NCBI GenBank assembly: GCA_965178125.1
Contig: OZ237735.1
Location: 2,232,001 to 2,296,000 of the forward strand
Source of the DNA: Bilabrum cf. latius
Lineage: Eukaryota
Direction of reading: 5' to 3'
Length of the DNA stretch: 64,000 nt
In this document: piece by piece, positions 25,101 through 37,100 of the stretch
Numbering within the stretch: the first letter of the stretch is position 1
Layout: each line of letters opens with the position of its first letter
Position numbers and translations under genes: made by a program
Notes under the pieces: model-generated
Seen by the model: only the letters and a program-made list of their open reading frames with translations
What the model was told of the DNA's origin: nothing
The model's database searches: none

Positions 25101-28100
25101 GTCACGCTCGCGCTCCACGCGCACCCGCTCCTGGCCCCCGTCATCAAGCAGCCGCGCGGCCTCAATGCGCTCGTTCCACTCCGCGACCAGCTCGGTCTTC
25201 TGAGCGTGCTTCTGCTCCAAGATATCCTCAAGGGCAGCCTGCAGCTCGTCCGTCCTCTCAGCGTACTGCCTGGCAACCAAATCGCTCGTCTCCTTGGTGT
25301 GGCGCTCCGTCAAGATCGCCTCGATTGCGGCACCCTTGCGCAGGCCGCGTCCACCAGCCGTGCCGGTCGACGCGCCTCCCACGGAACCGACGCCATCTCC
25401 CGCCTCGGCCTCCAGTGCGCGAGCGAGAGCAGCTCGTTCTCTCTCCCTGGCAGCCGCTGCCTTGGCTTCTTCCTCTCCATGCTTGGCCGAATCCTGCGCT
25501 GCCTTCCTGGCCCTCTCCTACTTCTTCGCAAGCATCTTGCGGCGGCGTGCGCGCCTGGCCTCAAGCCTCTCCTTTAACGAGTTGCTGTGCTCCTTCTGTT
25601 GCACCTGCAGCGTATGGTCCAGAGCCGCTACCTCGCTCTCGTACTGCTCCCGCATCCGGGCAACTTCTTCCTCGGTCGAGGCCCCGGCTGCCTCCACGCG
25701 CGCCTGGATCTCCTTCCTCTTCTTCTCGATCAGGTCCGCCTTGCGCTCCTCGGCCTCCTTGGCCTTGCGCTCCATCTCGGCTCTCTCCTCGGCCTCGATC
25801 TGCGCATCCAGTGCGTTGCGTTCGGCTTCATGATCCTGCTCCAGTTGCTCCTGGTCCTGCTCGGCCTTGCGGCGGGCGTCCTCCACTGCCCTCCGCTCCT
25901 GCTCCTCCAGCCGCAGGCGATCGGCCTCATCCATCTCGCCGTCGCCGCGGTTGGCGGCTCGAACAGCCGCGGCCACGCGCAGCGCCGCGCCCCCATCGTC
26001 CTCGGCACCGGCCAGCACGGACCCCTGGCCCGCCCCCGCGGCACCATCCAGCAGCTCTTTCTCGATGGCCTCTGCGGCCTCGGCCTCCTGCTTCTGCAGC
26101 TCGGCCCTGGCCTCCTTGTCGGCTTCCGTGACCTGCTCCGCATGCTTCTGCGCCAGCCTTGTCATGCGATCGCGCCTGCGCGCCCTCAGTTTGGCGTCGA
26201 GCTCGGCCCGGCGACGGGAGGACTCGCTGCCGCGCAGGCCCTCGGCGGCCTGCTGCTCAGCCTCGTCCGCAGCGTCGCGCGCCTTGTCCTCACGGGCCCT
26301 TGCTTGCACCATTGCCTGCCGAATGCGGGCCTCTACTTCGGCGTTGTTCGCCTCATGCTCGGCCTCCTCGTTGGCTTCCTCCGCCTCCTCCTCTTCCAGC
26401 ATGGCGGCCCAGGCCTCATCATCGTCCCCGAGGTCGTCATCATCCTCCTCGGCATGCGCCACAGCGGCCGCAATCATGTCGGAGTCTGCCTGCAGGCCAG
26501 CCACGCGGGCTGCAGCCCGCATGAGCATAGAATGCCTCTTGCGCTCGCGCTTGCGCTCCATTTTGCGGCGGCGGTCGGCCAGCCGCTTCTGCATCTCGGC
26601 TTGCTGCCTCGACTCCTCCGCCTCCTGCGCTTCCCGCAGACGCCTGGCTTCCTCGTCTGCCCGCTCCCGCAGCTTCCTGAGCTCCTCCTCCGCATCCACG
26701 GCAGCTGTTGCGACGCCCTCTGCTGCTCTAGCAGCAGCAGCCTCGGCCTTTTGCTCCTCCTCTTCCGCTGCGCGCTCCGCCGTGTCATCGCCGGTGGCCG
26801 CCGCGGCAGCAGCCGCCTGCGCCGCCTGCGTGGCTGCCCTCTGCACCGCGCCAGCATCGGCACCCGCAACCTGTCGCGCGAAGGCAGCCGCGTCCCTCGC
26901 GGCTGCCTCTTGCGCCTCTGCCCTCTTGCGGGCCATGGCGTCCCTGCGCCTGCGTCTGCGGTCCGCTAGCCTCTGCCTAAGTCTGTCCTGCTGCCGCCTG
27001 GATTCCTGCCCTGCGGCCGCCTTGGCCGCTTCCACGTCCTCGTCCCTCCTGGCCAGCAGCTCTTTGACCTTGTCCTCAGTGCCGTCTGCCTCGCGCAGCA
27101 GCCGCTGCTCTAGCTCGCGCTCCTCCGCCTCGGCGCTCTCGTCTGCCTCTGCGTCGGCAGCGCCCAACTCCTTCTCGTGGCGCGCCCGCATCGCCGACAT
27201 CTCCTCATCCGGCGCACCATTTGCCACTGCATCATCAAGCTCTTCCTGGTGGGCGCGGCGACGGTCTGCCTCGCGCTTGGCCCGGCGTAGCGCAAGGCGG
27301 TGCTGCAGCTCGCGGCGCTGCTTATCAGCCTCGAATGCCTCATTCGATCGGAGCTCCGAGGCCTCGGCTTGCTTGGCAGCGCGAATGCGCCGCAGCTCCT
27401 GTTCTGCGGCCGCTCCCGTCAGCTGGGCACGCGCGGCGGCCGCAGACTTCTCGGCGGCCGTGTAGGCCGCCTGGGCCTCGTGCTCACCCTCCTCGAGCGC
27501 AGCCGCCACCTCCTTGGCGTGCCGTGCCGCCAGTGCTGGCAGGTCCGCGGCCGATGCTCCGGCAGCCTCCTTGGAGTGCTGTTCCCGCAGGGCCTCGATC
27601 TTGCGGGAGGCGGCCCGGCGAGCCTTCGCGGCCGCCGCGCTTGCCCGCTGGTCGGCTTCCTGCTCGATGGCTTCCCCGGCTCGGCGGAGCTTCTCCGCGC
27701 GAGCAGCGGCGCGCGCATTGGCTGCATCCGCAGCCTCTTGCCGCGCCTGGGCGCTCTTCTGAGCAGCTGCTTCTGTCTCTTTGTCTTCCTCCTCCTGGAT
27801 GTCCTTCTCGAGGTCCTCGGCCTCCTTGGCGTGCCTGGCCAAAGCCTCCTCCCGCGCCTGTTTGGCCTCGGGGCCGTCGCCTGGCCCTCCCGCAGGCACC
27901 AGCTCGGACCGTTCCTGCCTGTGACGCTCGGCCAGCTGCCTGCGCCTGCGAGCTCGCCGAGCGGCCAGCTTACGCCGGGTGTCAGAGGCCTGCCGGCGAC
28001 GTTCGGCCTCCTCTGCCTCGTGTGCCTCGGCTTCCTCTCTATCAAACTTCTCACGCAGCACACGCAGCTGCTCCTCGGCTTCCAGCGGCGAGTCCGGGGA

Positions 28101-31100
28101 TGCGTCCGCGGCTCCTGCTGCTCCCAGCTCTTGCCGTCGGGCTTCCGCAGCCTCCCTGGCGGCTTCCTCTTCGGCCTTGCGCTCCTCCTCCTTCTGGGCC
28201 TCCTCGAGCTCCAGCCGTTTCTGCTCCCGCTCCGCCGCCATCTTCTCGGCCGCCTTTGCCTGCGCGTCCCGGATGCGTTTCTGCAGCTGCTGCTGCTTCC
28301 TCACTTCCAAACGTTGCGCGAGCTCGCCCCGCTGCCTGTCCTCTTCGCTCTTGAGCGCTTCCAGCATCTGCGCGCGGTCCCTCTCGAACTCGGCTCGCAG
28401 CCGCTGCTACTCCTCCTCGTCCAGGTTGGACGCAGCAAGCTGCCGCTCCATCTGGTCCCGGGCCTCGGCGTCACGCAGCGCAGCCTCCTCTTCCCTCCTC
28501 TGCTTCTCCTGCTCGAGCCTGTCCTCGATTTCCTTCACCTCCTTCTGAGCCTCCTCCTCGATCCGCTTGGCAAGGTCCTGCTCGCCCTCGTCTTCCCCGC
28601 GGGGGGGCAGCCCAAGCAGCCTGCGGCGGGCGTCCTCTCCAGCGTACTCGCCCTTGCGCGCCTTCTCGATCAGCTCGCTCACTCGCTCCGCGAGCGCCTC
28701 GGCACCCTCCTTGGAGAGCCGCGCCCGCGCCGCCTCCTCCTCGGCAGCGCGACGAGCCTGCGCAACGGCGTGGCGGGCGGCGCGAGCTGCCCTGTCCTGC
28801 GTGGTTCTTACGGCACCAAGGCGGTTCTGGTCCCCGGGGGCGCGGCCGAGCAGGGCAGCCACGGCCTCGAAGAGCTGGACGTAGAGACGACCGAGGTCCT
28901 CTTTGGCTCCGGCCCGAACGCGCTTTGCCACCGCGGGGTTCTGCTGCTCGACGGCCCGAGCCAGCTCCTGCACGAACGTTCGAAGCGTCTGCCGCTCGGC
29001 GGCCTCGTAGGCAGTGGCCCCGCCAGCAAAGGCCAGGAGTCCCTCCAGCAGCCGCTGCTGGGCACCCACCACGGGGTCCTGAGAGGCCTCGAACTGCTCG
29101 ATAGCGCGGCGCACCTCGCGGTTGGCGCCGGGACCCTCTAGCACGCCCGCGCCGGCGGCCTGCCTCCACAGCGTGACTCCCTCCGCGCGCCGGCGCTCCT
29201 CGTCCTCCACGCTCGTGGCCATGGCGTCGATCGCATCCCTCGCCCGGCGCACGGCGCGCAGCAGAGCATCTTCTTGCGAGGAGTCGGAAGGTTGCAGCCG
29301 CTTCACGGCCGCCAGTTCGTCTGCTACCGTCCGCACGAGGCCATCTCCTCCCGCAGCACTGGCCGCAGCCGCGCTGGCAGCCCCGCCCAGCTCGCCACCG
29401 TCCGCCACCTTGCCCTCGCCGCCCTCCCCACCGTCCCCAAAGAGCCCGTCGTCGTCATCGTCGTTGGCATCTCCGTCCCCGGCCCCACCGAGGCCCAGCA
29501 CGCCAGCTACCGACACCAGCTCCTGCACCACACGGCCAGCAGCCACTGTGGGTCTGGGCCTCATGCACTCCGCAATGTCCCGCAGCGACTGCATCACGTC
29601 GGCTTCGCGCCGGGCCATGTGTCGCTCGTGCAGCGCCCGTGCCGCCAGCTCTGCCTCCACCTGTCGCAGCACTGCTGCACGGCGTGCCGCCTCTCCGCCG
29701 GGACCCCCGGCTCCGGTGGCGCTGGCGCCGGCATCCACGGCCGCTCTTGCAAGCATCCGCCGCAGCTGCTGCGCCTCGTCACGAAGGGCTGCCAGAATAT
29801 CCTTGGCCGCCTTGGTCTGGCCCTCAAAGGCCCTGCGCACCTCCTCCTAGTGAGCCTTGAGACGCTCCACAAGGTCTGCGAGGTCATCATCATCGTCCGC
29901 GTACATGGACCAGTCCGGCCCATCGTCCCCGTCCACCAATGCTCCTGCCCCTGAGGCGCCCTTCTTGCCACCCCGACTGCCTTTTCCACCTCCCGCGATG
30001 CTGGCAAACTTCGACTCGCCCAGCAGTCCGGCCTTGCCGCGGCCCGAGCGCCGTCCCGGGTCTGCACCCCATGCCTGATCCCGGAAGATCCACACGCCCG
30101 TGATGATCACGACCACAACCACAAGCAAGCCGCCCATGATGGCAGCCAGGACGTCCCAGTTGGGCCCCAGCAGCGGGCTGTTTGCCTCGGTTACTCCCAG
30201 TGCTACCAGATTCTCTTCCGTTTGCGGCACGAATGACCCTTCCACGGCGCACTGCTCGCCAGCCGCTGTCACCACGATCAGCGTCTGCGCCGTGGGATCA
30301 GCCGACGAGGAGAAAGTGTACGTACCCGCCTGCGTAAACGTGAAGGCAAACAGCGTCAGATCCGCCGTGCCACCGTTAGCCTCCGCGTAGTCCTGAAGGC
30401 GCCGGAACGCGCCATAGTCGAAGTCAGGGTTGGTGTTCAAGTAGCTGTCCTTGACGTAAACGGGGTAGTTCCCTGTGCCTTCAGTAAGATCCCAGGCCAC
30501 CGCTGAGCCTACTTGCACGCAGGTCACAGGCTGATCGACGGCTGGGCCCGTGGCGGCAGACTGCGCGCGCCTGGCACTCATGCGGCGGTGGGCGGGTACA
30601 GCTGCCAGCCGTCGCGCCCTCTCCCTCCTATGCCTCGCCTGCCAAGCGCTCGCCTTGGCCTCTGCCCCGAATGCTCCGGCCTCAGGGCTCTCCTCTTCTT
30701 CCGGTTGATCAGCCTCGTCGGCGAAGAACCCGTCGCGTGCGCGGAACCCCCTCAACCCAACGTCCTCGGCAGCAGAGCCAACACCCACATCTCGCTTGGT
30801 CCGCCTTGCACCCTTGCCAACAAAAGGGGAGGTGGGAGGCACCCGGTGTCCAGGGGTGCTACTCAGAGCCAGTGCCCGCTCGGTGTCCTCACACACGGCG
30901 ATCAACTCGGCCACAACGTCCAACAGCTCGTCACCCGAGGGTTGGCCTGCACCGGCGTCATGCGTGCGGTTCCTACCCGCCTGCCCGCGGGCCGTCCAGC
31001 GGCGCTCAGTGGCTGCATCACCGACTGCATCAGGGAGACCAAGCTGCTCCGCAAGCCAATGCATCGAGGCGTATGGTTTGACCTCGTCCTCGGCCTCAAG

Positions 31101-34100
31101 GACAGCCTCAAGCACAGCCGGATCCGAGGAGGCCCAGCCGCGATGCAGCGCAGACTGCAGCCTGGCCCGGAGTTCCAGGCCATCTTGCACAGTTACCATT
31201 TGCGGACGGCCAGTCAGATGTCGACCAGGCGCGCGAGAGCCACTGGTCCACGCTGCGTCCTCAACGGTCCCGTAGGCCCCTGGCCGCAGCCCGTAGACGG
31301 CACCAAACTCGGGACGGTGCTCTGGCATGCCGGAGTGGAGGGCAATCTCGGAGAAGCCAAGGGGCCCCCCAGCCACTAGTCTTGTCCGCAGGTAGTGGTG
31401 CGCGCCAGCGGTGCCTCCATGAGACGATTCAAACCGCCCCGCAGCGCTCTGCAGCACCCGTTGCCTGCGGGCCGCACTCCGCTGGGCTCTTCGTCTGGAG
31501 CCCGAGCCGGCTACGGCCCCTTGCACCGCGGACGGCGGACCGTACACGCCAGAAAAGCCTTCGGTGCCCAGCTGCATTGTGACCACTTCGCAGGACAGGT
31601 CAGTCGCCCCCGAGCTGCCCGCATCCGCCGACAGACCCGGGGAGTTCACGTCGTCCGTGCCCGGCTCGGCATCGTCCTGTGCCTGGGCAGCCGCCCCAGA
31701 GCTGCACGACAGGCTTCCACCCGCACCAAAGAAACCGGGGATGTCTTCTGACGGGTTCACGGCGCGCTATTCTCCCGTGATGGGGTCAGTAACCACCAGC
31801 TGTCCGTCAGATGCGCGGAATGTAACAGTGACGGCGTCGCTCCGGCAGTCGTCGTCGCACACAGTCGCCAATGAGGCCTGGTCGCACATGCATCCGAGCA
31901 GCTAGGGACTGTACGTGCCCACTCCGGTGGGGCAACGTTCCGAGCAGTCAAGGTCCGGGTCACACCTCCCTTGCGCGTTCCTGCGCACGCCCTCCTCGCA
32001 GAAATCGACGTTGATCGGCTGGCAGTCCTCCTCCCCGTCCTCCTCCGATCGGACGATCAGCTCATCGTCAACGAACTCGTAGCCCGGCTAGCACACGCAC
32101 ATGCCGTCTGTCGGCTGGAAGAAGCGGTACAGCCCCACACAATTGCAAGTTGTGGACCCGTTGCTGGGCGCAGAGCTCGAGGCAGAGCATGGGCGACAGG
32201 CAGACGCTCCTCTGTCCGGGTTGTACGAGTCGGGCTTGCAAGACAAGCAAGACTCGAAGTTAGACCGTCCAGCAAGCGGGTTGTACGAACCGACAGGGCA
32301 CAGTCTGGGAGCGGAGGAACCCTCTGGGCAGTACGTCCCCGGCAGGCACTGGAAGCCGCCATCCCTGTCGAGATCCAGAGGGGTGGACGTGCTCGTGTTG
32401 CCGAGGCACGCGAATCCTGGCGGGCAGGGGAGGCACTCCGTACCCGAAGAGCCGTCAGAGTAAGTGCCAGCAGGGCAAGTCTGACACGCCAAGCCAAAGC
32501 TGGTTCTCGTCAACGGGCTCGTCTCGGGGCGCTGAACAGTACCGGCCGGGCACACGAAGAATCGATCCGAGCCAGCGGGGCAGTACGTTCCTGCATCACA
32601 CGGAATTGGTGTGATAGTTCCATTGGGGCAGTAAAACCCGGCGGGGCACTCGATCGGGTCCACAGTGCGCTGCGTAGGGCAGTACTCCGTTGGCGGGCAC
32701 ACCACCGGAATCTCGTTCCCACCCTCGCAGAACGTGCCGTTCGGACAGGCGAGGGGCACCACGGTGCCGGTACCGCAGTAGGCTCCCGGCGGGCAATCAA
32801 AGCAGTCTGCTTGAGAGCCTGCGTACGGGAGATCGCGGTACGTGCCTGCTGCGCACGGGATTGGTTCTGTGGCGGACTGCGGGCAAAAGCCGCCCACATC
32901 CGCTGGACAAGGATGGTCGAGCGGGTCCACCACAGCAAGCGTGTCGCACAGCGACCCGGGAGGGCAAGGTGAGCAGTCGCTCTCGTCGTCACCGAGAGTC
33001 TCGTTGCGGTAGGTGCTAATGGGGCACGGGATGACGACGTTGCTACCTGGGCAGTAGTGGCCTACCCTGCACTCCCTGGGCGTCGGGTTGCCCTCTTCAC
33101 ACTCTCGGCCCGGGGGACAGTCACCGCATCGTGCGGGAGTGGCCAGGCCTATGATGTCGCTGAAGGTGCCGTTGGGGCACGGGACCTCGATTTCGGTCCC
33201 GTTGGGGCAGTAGAACCCCGGCGGGCAAAGGCCACCGTTGGACGTCCAGGTGGCGGTGAAGGGGGCCGCAGGAGGATTGGGCTGCCCAATGCCGTTCCTG
33301 CAGACAAAACCTCCAGAGCACTCCCCCGTGACAAACCCGTCAGTGCAGTACATTGCCCCTGGGCAGCTCGCGCACTCGCCCGCCTCTCGAAGGCCCTGCA
33401 TCTGACCGTAGGTGCCGTCAGGGCACGGCAGTGGAACGGATGTATTGGACGGGCAGTACCTGCCCAGCGGACAGTAGACTGGGTCACTGGTGCCGTCCTC
33501 GCAGTAGTGACGCTCAGGGCACCCCTCACAACCAGCCTGAGCGGAGGAGTTCTGGTACGTCCCAGGCGGGCATGGCAGAGGCACAGTCTCGGCCTCGCCT
33601 TCGCAAAACGTCCCCGGGGGACAGGCGAAACCCATCACCAGCGGGAATGGGTCGGGAAGCTCCGTCCCGTTGCCAGCGGTGGAAAGCCTACGAGCCAAGG
33701 ACAGCCGGCGCCCCTCAGCACTTCGAGCCACTGCCCTCGGGTCACGGTACCTCAGCTCCACCCTGTGCTGGGAGGTGGCTCGCTGTGCCCAAGCTCCTGG
33801 CGGGACCTTTGCCTCCCTCTCCAGCGCAGCAGCCGCATCGGCAAGCCCGAGCTGCATGGCGGCGTCGTGCAGACGGCGGGCTGCAGGGGCAGGAGAACCT
33901 ACATCATAGGCATATAGAGACTCGTTCACGACAATCGGCCAGATGCCCACGGCCAGGCCAGGCCCGCTGGCGCCCCAGCCGCGACTGGACACGCGGTCGT
34001 CGAATGGGCTGCTCCCATTGTCGCCGAAACCTTCGGGCCCGCCTCCCTGCCCAAGGTAGAAGTGCTCAAGCTGCGTAGCCGAGGTCAGCCTGCCCTCGTA

Positions 34101-37100
34101 GGGATTCTGAGGGCGAGGAGTCCAAGACCCGTACGTGCAGACATAGCCGGCATCGCAAGGACCTCCAGTTATGCCTGAGTCGTTGGGCTGGGGCCGGCTG
34201 GCGCCACCAGTGCAATAGTACGCAGGTCCGCACAGACCTGTGGGCTCCGTTAGGCCATCAACGGCGCAGTACTCGCCGGGGGGACAGTCCAGGCAATCGT
34301 CGAGCTCTCGGGCCCGCGCGAAAGGCAAGAACGTGCCGGCAGGGCAAGCCACCTCAGTTCGCAAAACAGACCCAGCCGGGCAGTAGTATCCAGCCTAGCA
34401 GTCGATCGGGTCAACCACAGCTCCGATCTCGCAAGCGAATCCTGCTGGGCAAGTGTCGCAATCTGGCTGGCCAGTCACGTTCTGGTACGTGCCGGCAGGG
34501 CATGGTTCGGGAACGACGTTGGAACCTGGGCACTTGTGTCCCACAGGACAGATGTGCATGCTGTCGCTCTCTGCCTCTAGCCCCTCGGGGCAGAAGTATC
34601 CCGCCCTGCACGGCTGCGTCGGCAGGACAGTGCCGCTGGCTGGACAAGTGAAGCCCGGCAGGCAGGGCAAGCAGTCTGTCACTTCTGTGTTTGCCACGGA
34701 GGGGCTGTAAGTGCCAGCCGGGCACAGTCGGGGAGCACTGCTACCTTGCTCGCAGTATGCGCCAGGTGGGCATACACCGCCGACGACCGTGGCAGGAACC
34801 GTGGCATTGTACGGCGTGAGCTCGATGGAGCCATTGGCAACCATTGGCGCTGCAGTGAGCTGCAGTGCGGCCGCATACAGATCCAACGGGCTCGTGGGCA
34901 CCCGAGACTCGTTGCCGGGCAGCAGCACAGTGCCGTTCGTGTCCAGCAAGTCTGCCCCAGCGCACCCACCTCCCGCCACGGGCTGCAGCCGGGCCACTCC
35001 GTCCACCACGGATACGCCAGCGGCTCGCAAAGCAGAGGCCAGTGCAGCCAACCTGTCCTGTAGCGTGGCATTAGTGCCCAGTAATACACCGTTCGGCAGC
35101 GCTTCCTGCCTCCCGAACCCATCGCCTACAAGTAGTACGTTCAGCCCGCCCGAGGCCGCAGTGTACTCCACAGAGCCAGCTGCCTCGAGGGCTGCCAGCA
35201 GCGAAACGTCAACCGAGGCGGCACACCGCTCAGAGAATAGCGAGACAAGAGCTGTATAGGGATCGAACGATGGTGTTGGGGTGTGCGACCCTGCCAAGCA
35301 GTAGTATCCCGCATCGCACTCGCCAATGGGGGCCGTGCGGCCTCGCAGAGAGCAATGCATGCCATGCGGACACACGGTGCAGTTGGAGGCGTCCGTCAGC
35401 TGGGTCTGGTTGCTGTAGGTTCCCAGCGGGCAGGGGTAGTCGAACGGACGCTCCGTTCCTGCAGGGCAGTAATAGCCTGCGGGGCAATCCAGCGGGAAGG
35501 CCGTCGCATTCGGGCAGTAGCTACCGGCCGGGCAAACTTCGCAAGCACCCACACCTGCCGTGTCCTAGTACAAGCCAGCCAGGCAAGGGTCCGGCAGCAC
35601 GCTTCCGGTGGGGCACCTGTATCCTCTCGGGCAGATGAGCGTGGGCTGCACGTCACCACCAGGGCAGTAGAAGCCCTCCGTGCACAGCTGCTGCGGGTAA
35701 GCTATCGACGAGTTGGGGCAGAAGAAGCCCCCAAGACACGGTTCGCAGGAGGATGCATTCACCCCGCCAAACTCGGAATTGAACGAACCAGCGAGGCAGG
35801 GCTTCGGGTATGCCGAACCAGCCTCGCAGTAGTGGCCCCGTGGGCAGATGTCGCCCTTGGATGGAGGCAATGGCAACGACACATTCACTGTGGTGTTGGT
35901 GCCATTGACCACCGCGGGCTCGATTATGATGCCATCGCCTCCGCCATCGTAAAAGCCCGGGACGAAGTACCCTCCCCTAGAGATCCCAAGCCAATGGGCA
36001 TCCGGCCCGCCCGACGGCCACGCGGAATAGGGGCTGGCATATGCGCCCTCATCGTTGCAGGCCAGAGCCGAAGCTCCGCTACCTACAAGCAGGTCCGCGT
36101 ACCCGCAGCCCAACGTCAGCGAGCATTGGTACCCATTGTCGAAGCCCTCCGTAGGCGCCTTGCTGTCAGACCCACTCAGGCAGTAGAATCCCTCGGCGCA
36201 CTCGCCCTGTGGGGCGGTAAGACCTTCACGGCCACAGAACTGGCCGCCCAAGCACGCCTGGCAGGCACTGATGTTGGTCTGGCGAGTCTCGTTACTAAAC
36301 GTACCATTGGGGCACAGCTAAATCTGGGACTCATTCGTCGTCAGCGCGTTGTACCCACCGGGGCAGTACGCGCCAGGTGGACAGTCGAACTCCGTCCCGT
36401 TGATGCAGTAGTACCCTGCTCGGCACAGCTCGCAGGATGACTGTCCTACGTCGTCCTGGAATGTAGCCGGAGCACATAGCCGAGGGAACGAGGTGCCTTC
36501 GGGGCATTCGTGCCTCTCGAAGCACTGCAGAGTAGGCACGGTAGTGCCCGCAGGGCAGTAGAAGCCTGCCGTGCACGGGAGGGTGGCCGCCGTCTGCCCC
36601 AAGTTCGGGCAGTAGAACCCAGGGGTGCAGTCCTGGCAATCACCCACGCCCTCATTGCCCACGGCTGCACTGAATGTCCCGTTCGGGCACAGGAAAGGGT
36701 CAAATGTGCCATTGGGGCAGTACCGGCCGGGCGGGCAGATGTCTCCAATGATACCAAAGCTGCTGTTTTGCCCGGCCGGTCGTGGCGTGAAGCTACCGCG
36801 CGTGCAGTAGAACCCAGCGTCACAGTCCCCAGCCGGAGCTCCCGTGGAGTCGAGGCAATACTGCCCTGGGTTGCATGGGATAGGGAAATCGGACCCAGCC
36901 GGGCAGAACTCGCCCGCCACGCACCGGTCTCCGGTCAAACCATCCGTTGGCGTGCTCTCTTGCGCGCCGCCGGTGCAGAAGTACCCTTCGTCGCACGGAC
37001 CGTCTGGCTGGACGTTTGCGACACCGGCGCAGAACTGCCCAGCATCACAGGGGAGGCACTGCGTGGCAGACTGCAGCCCAGTCTGGTTGCTGTAAGTGCC

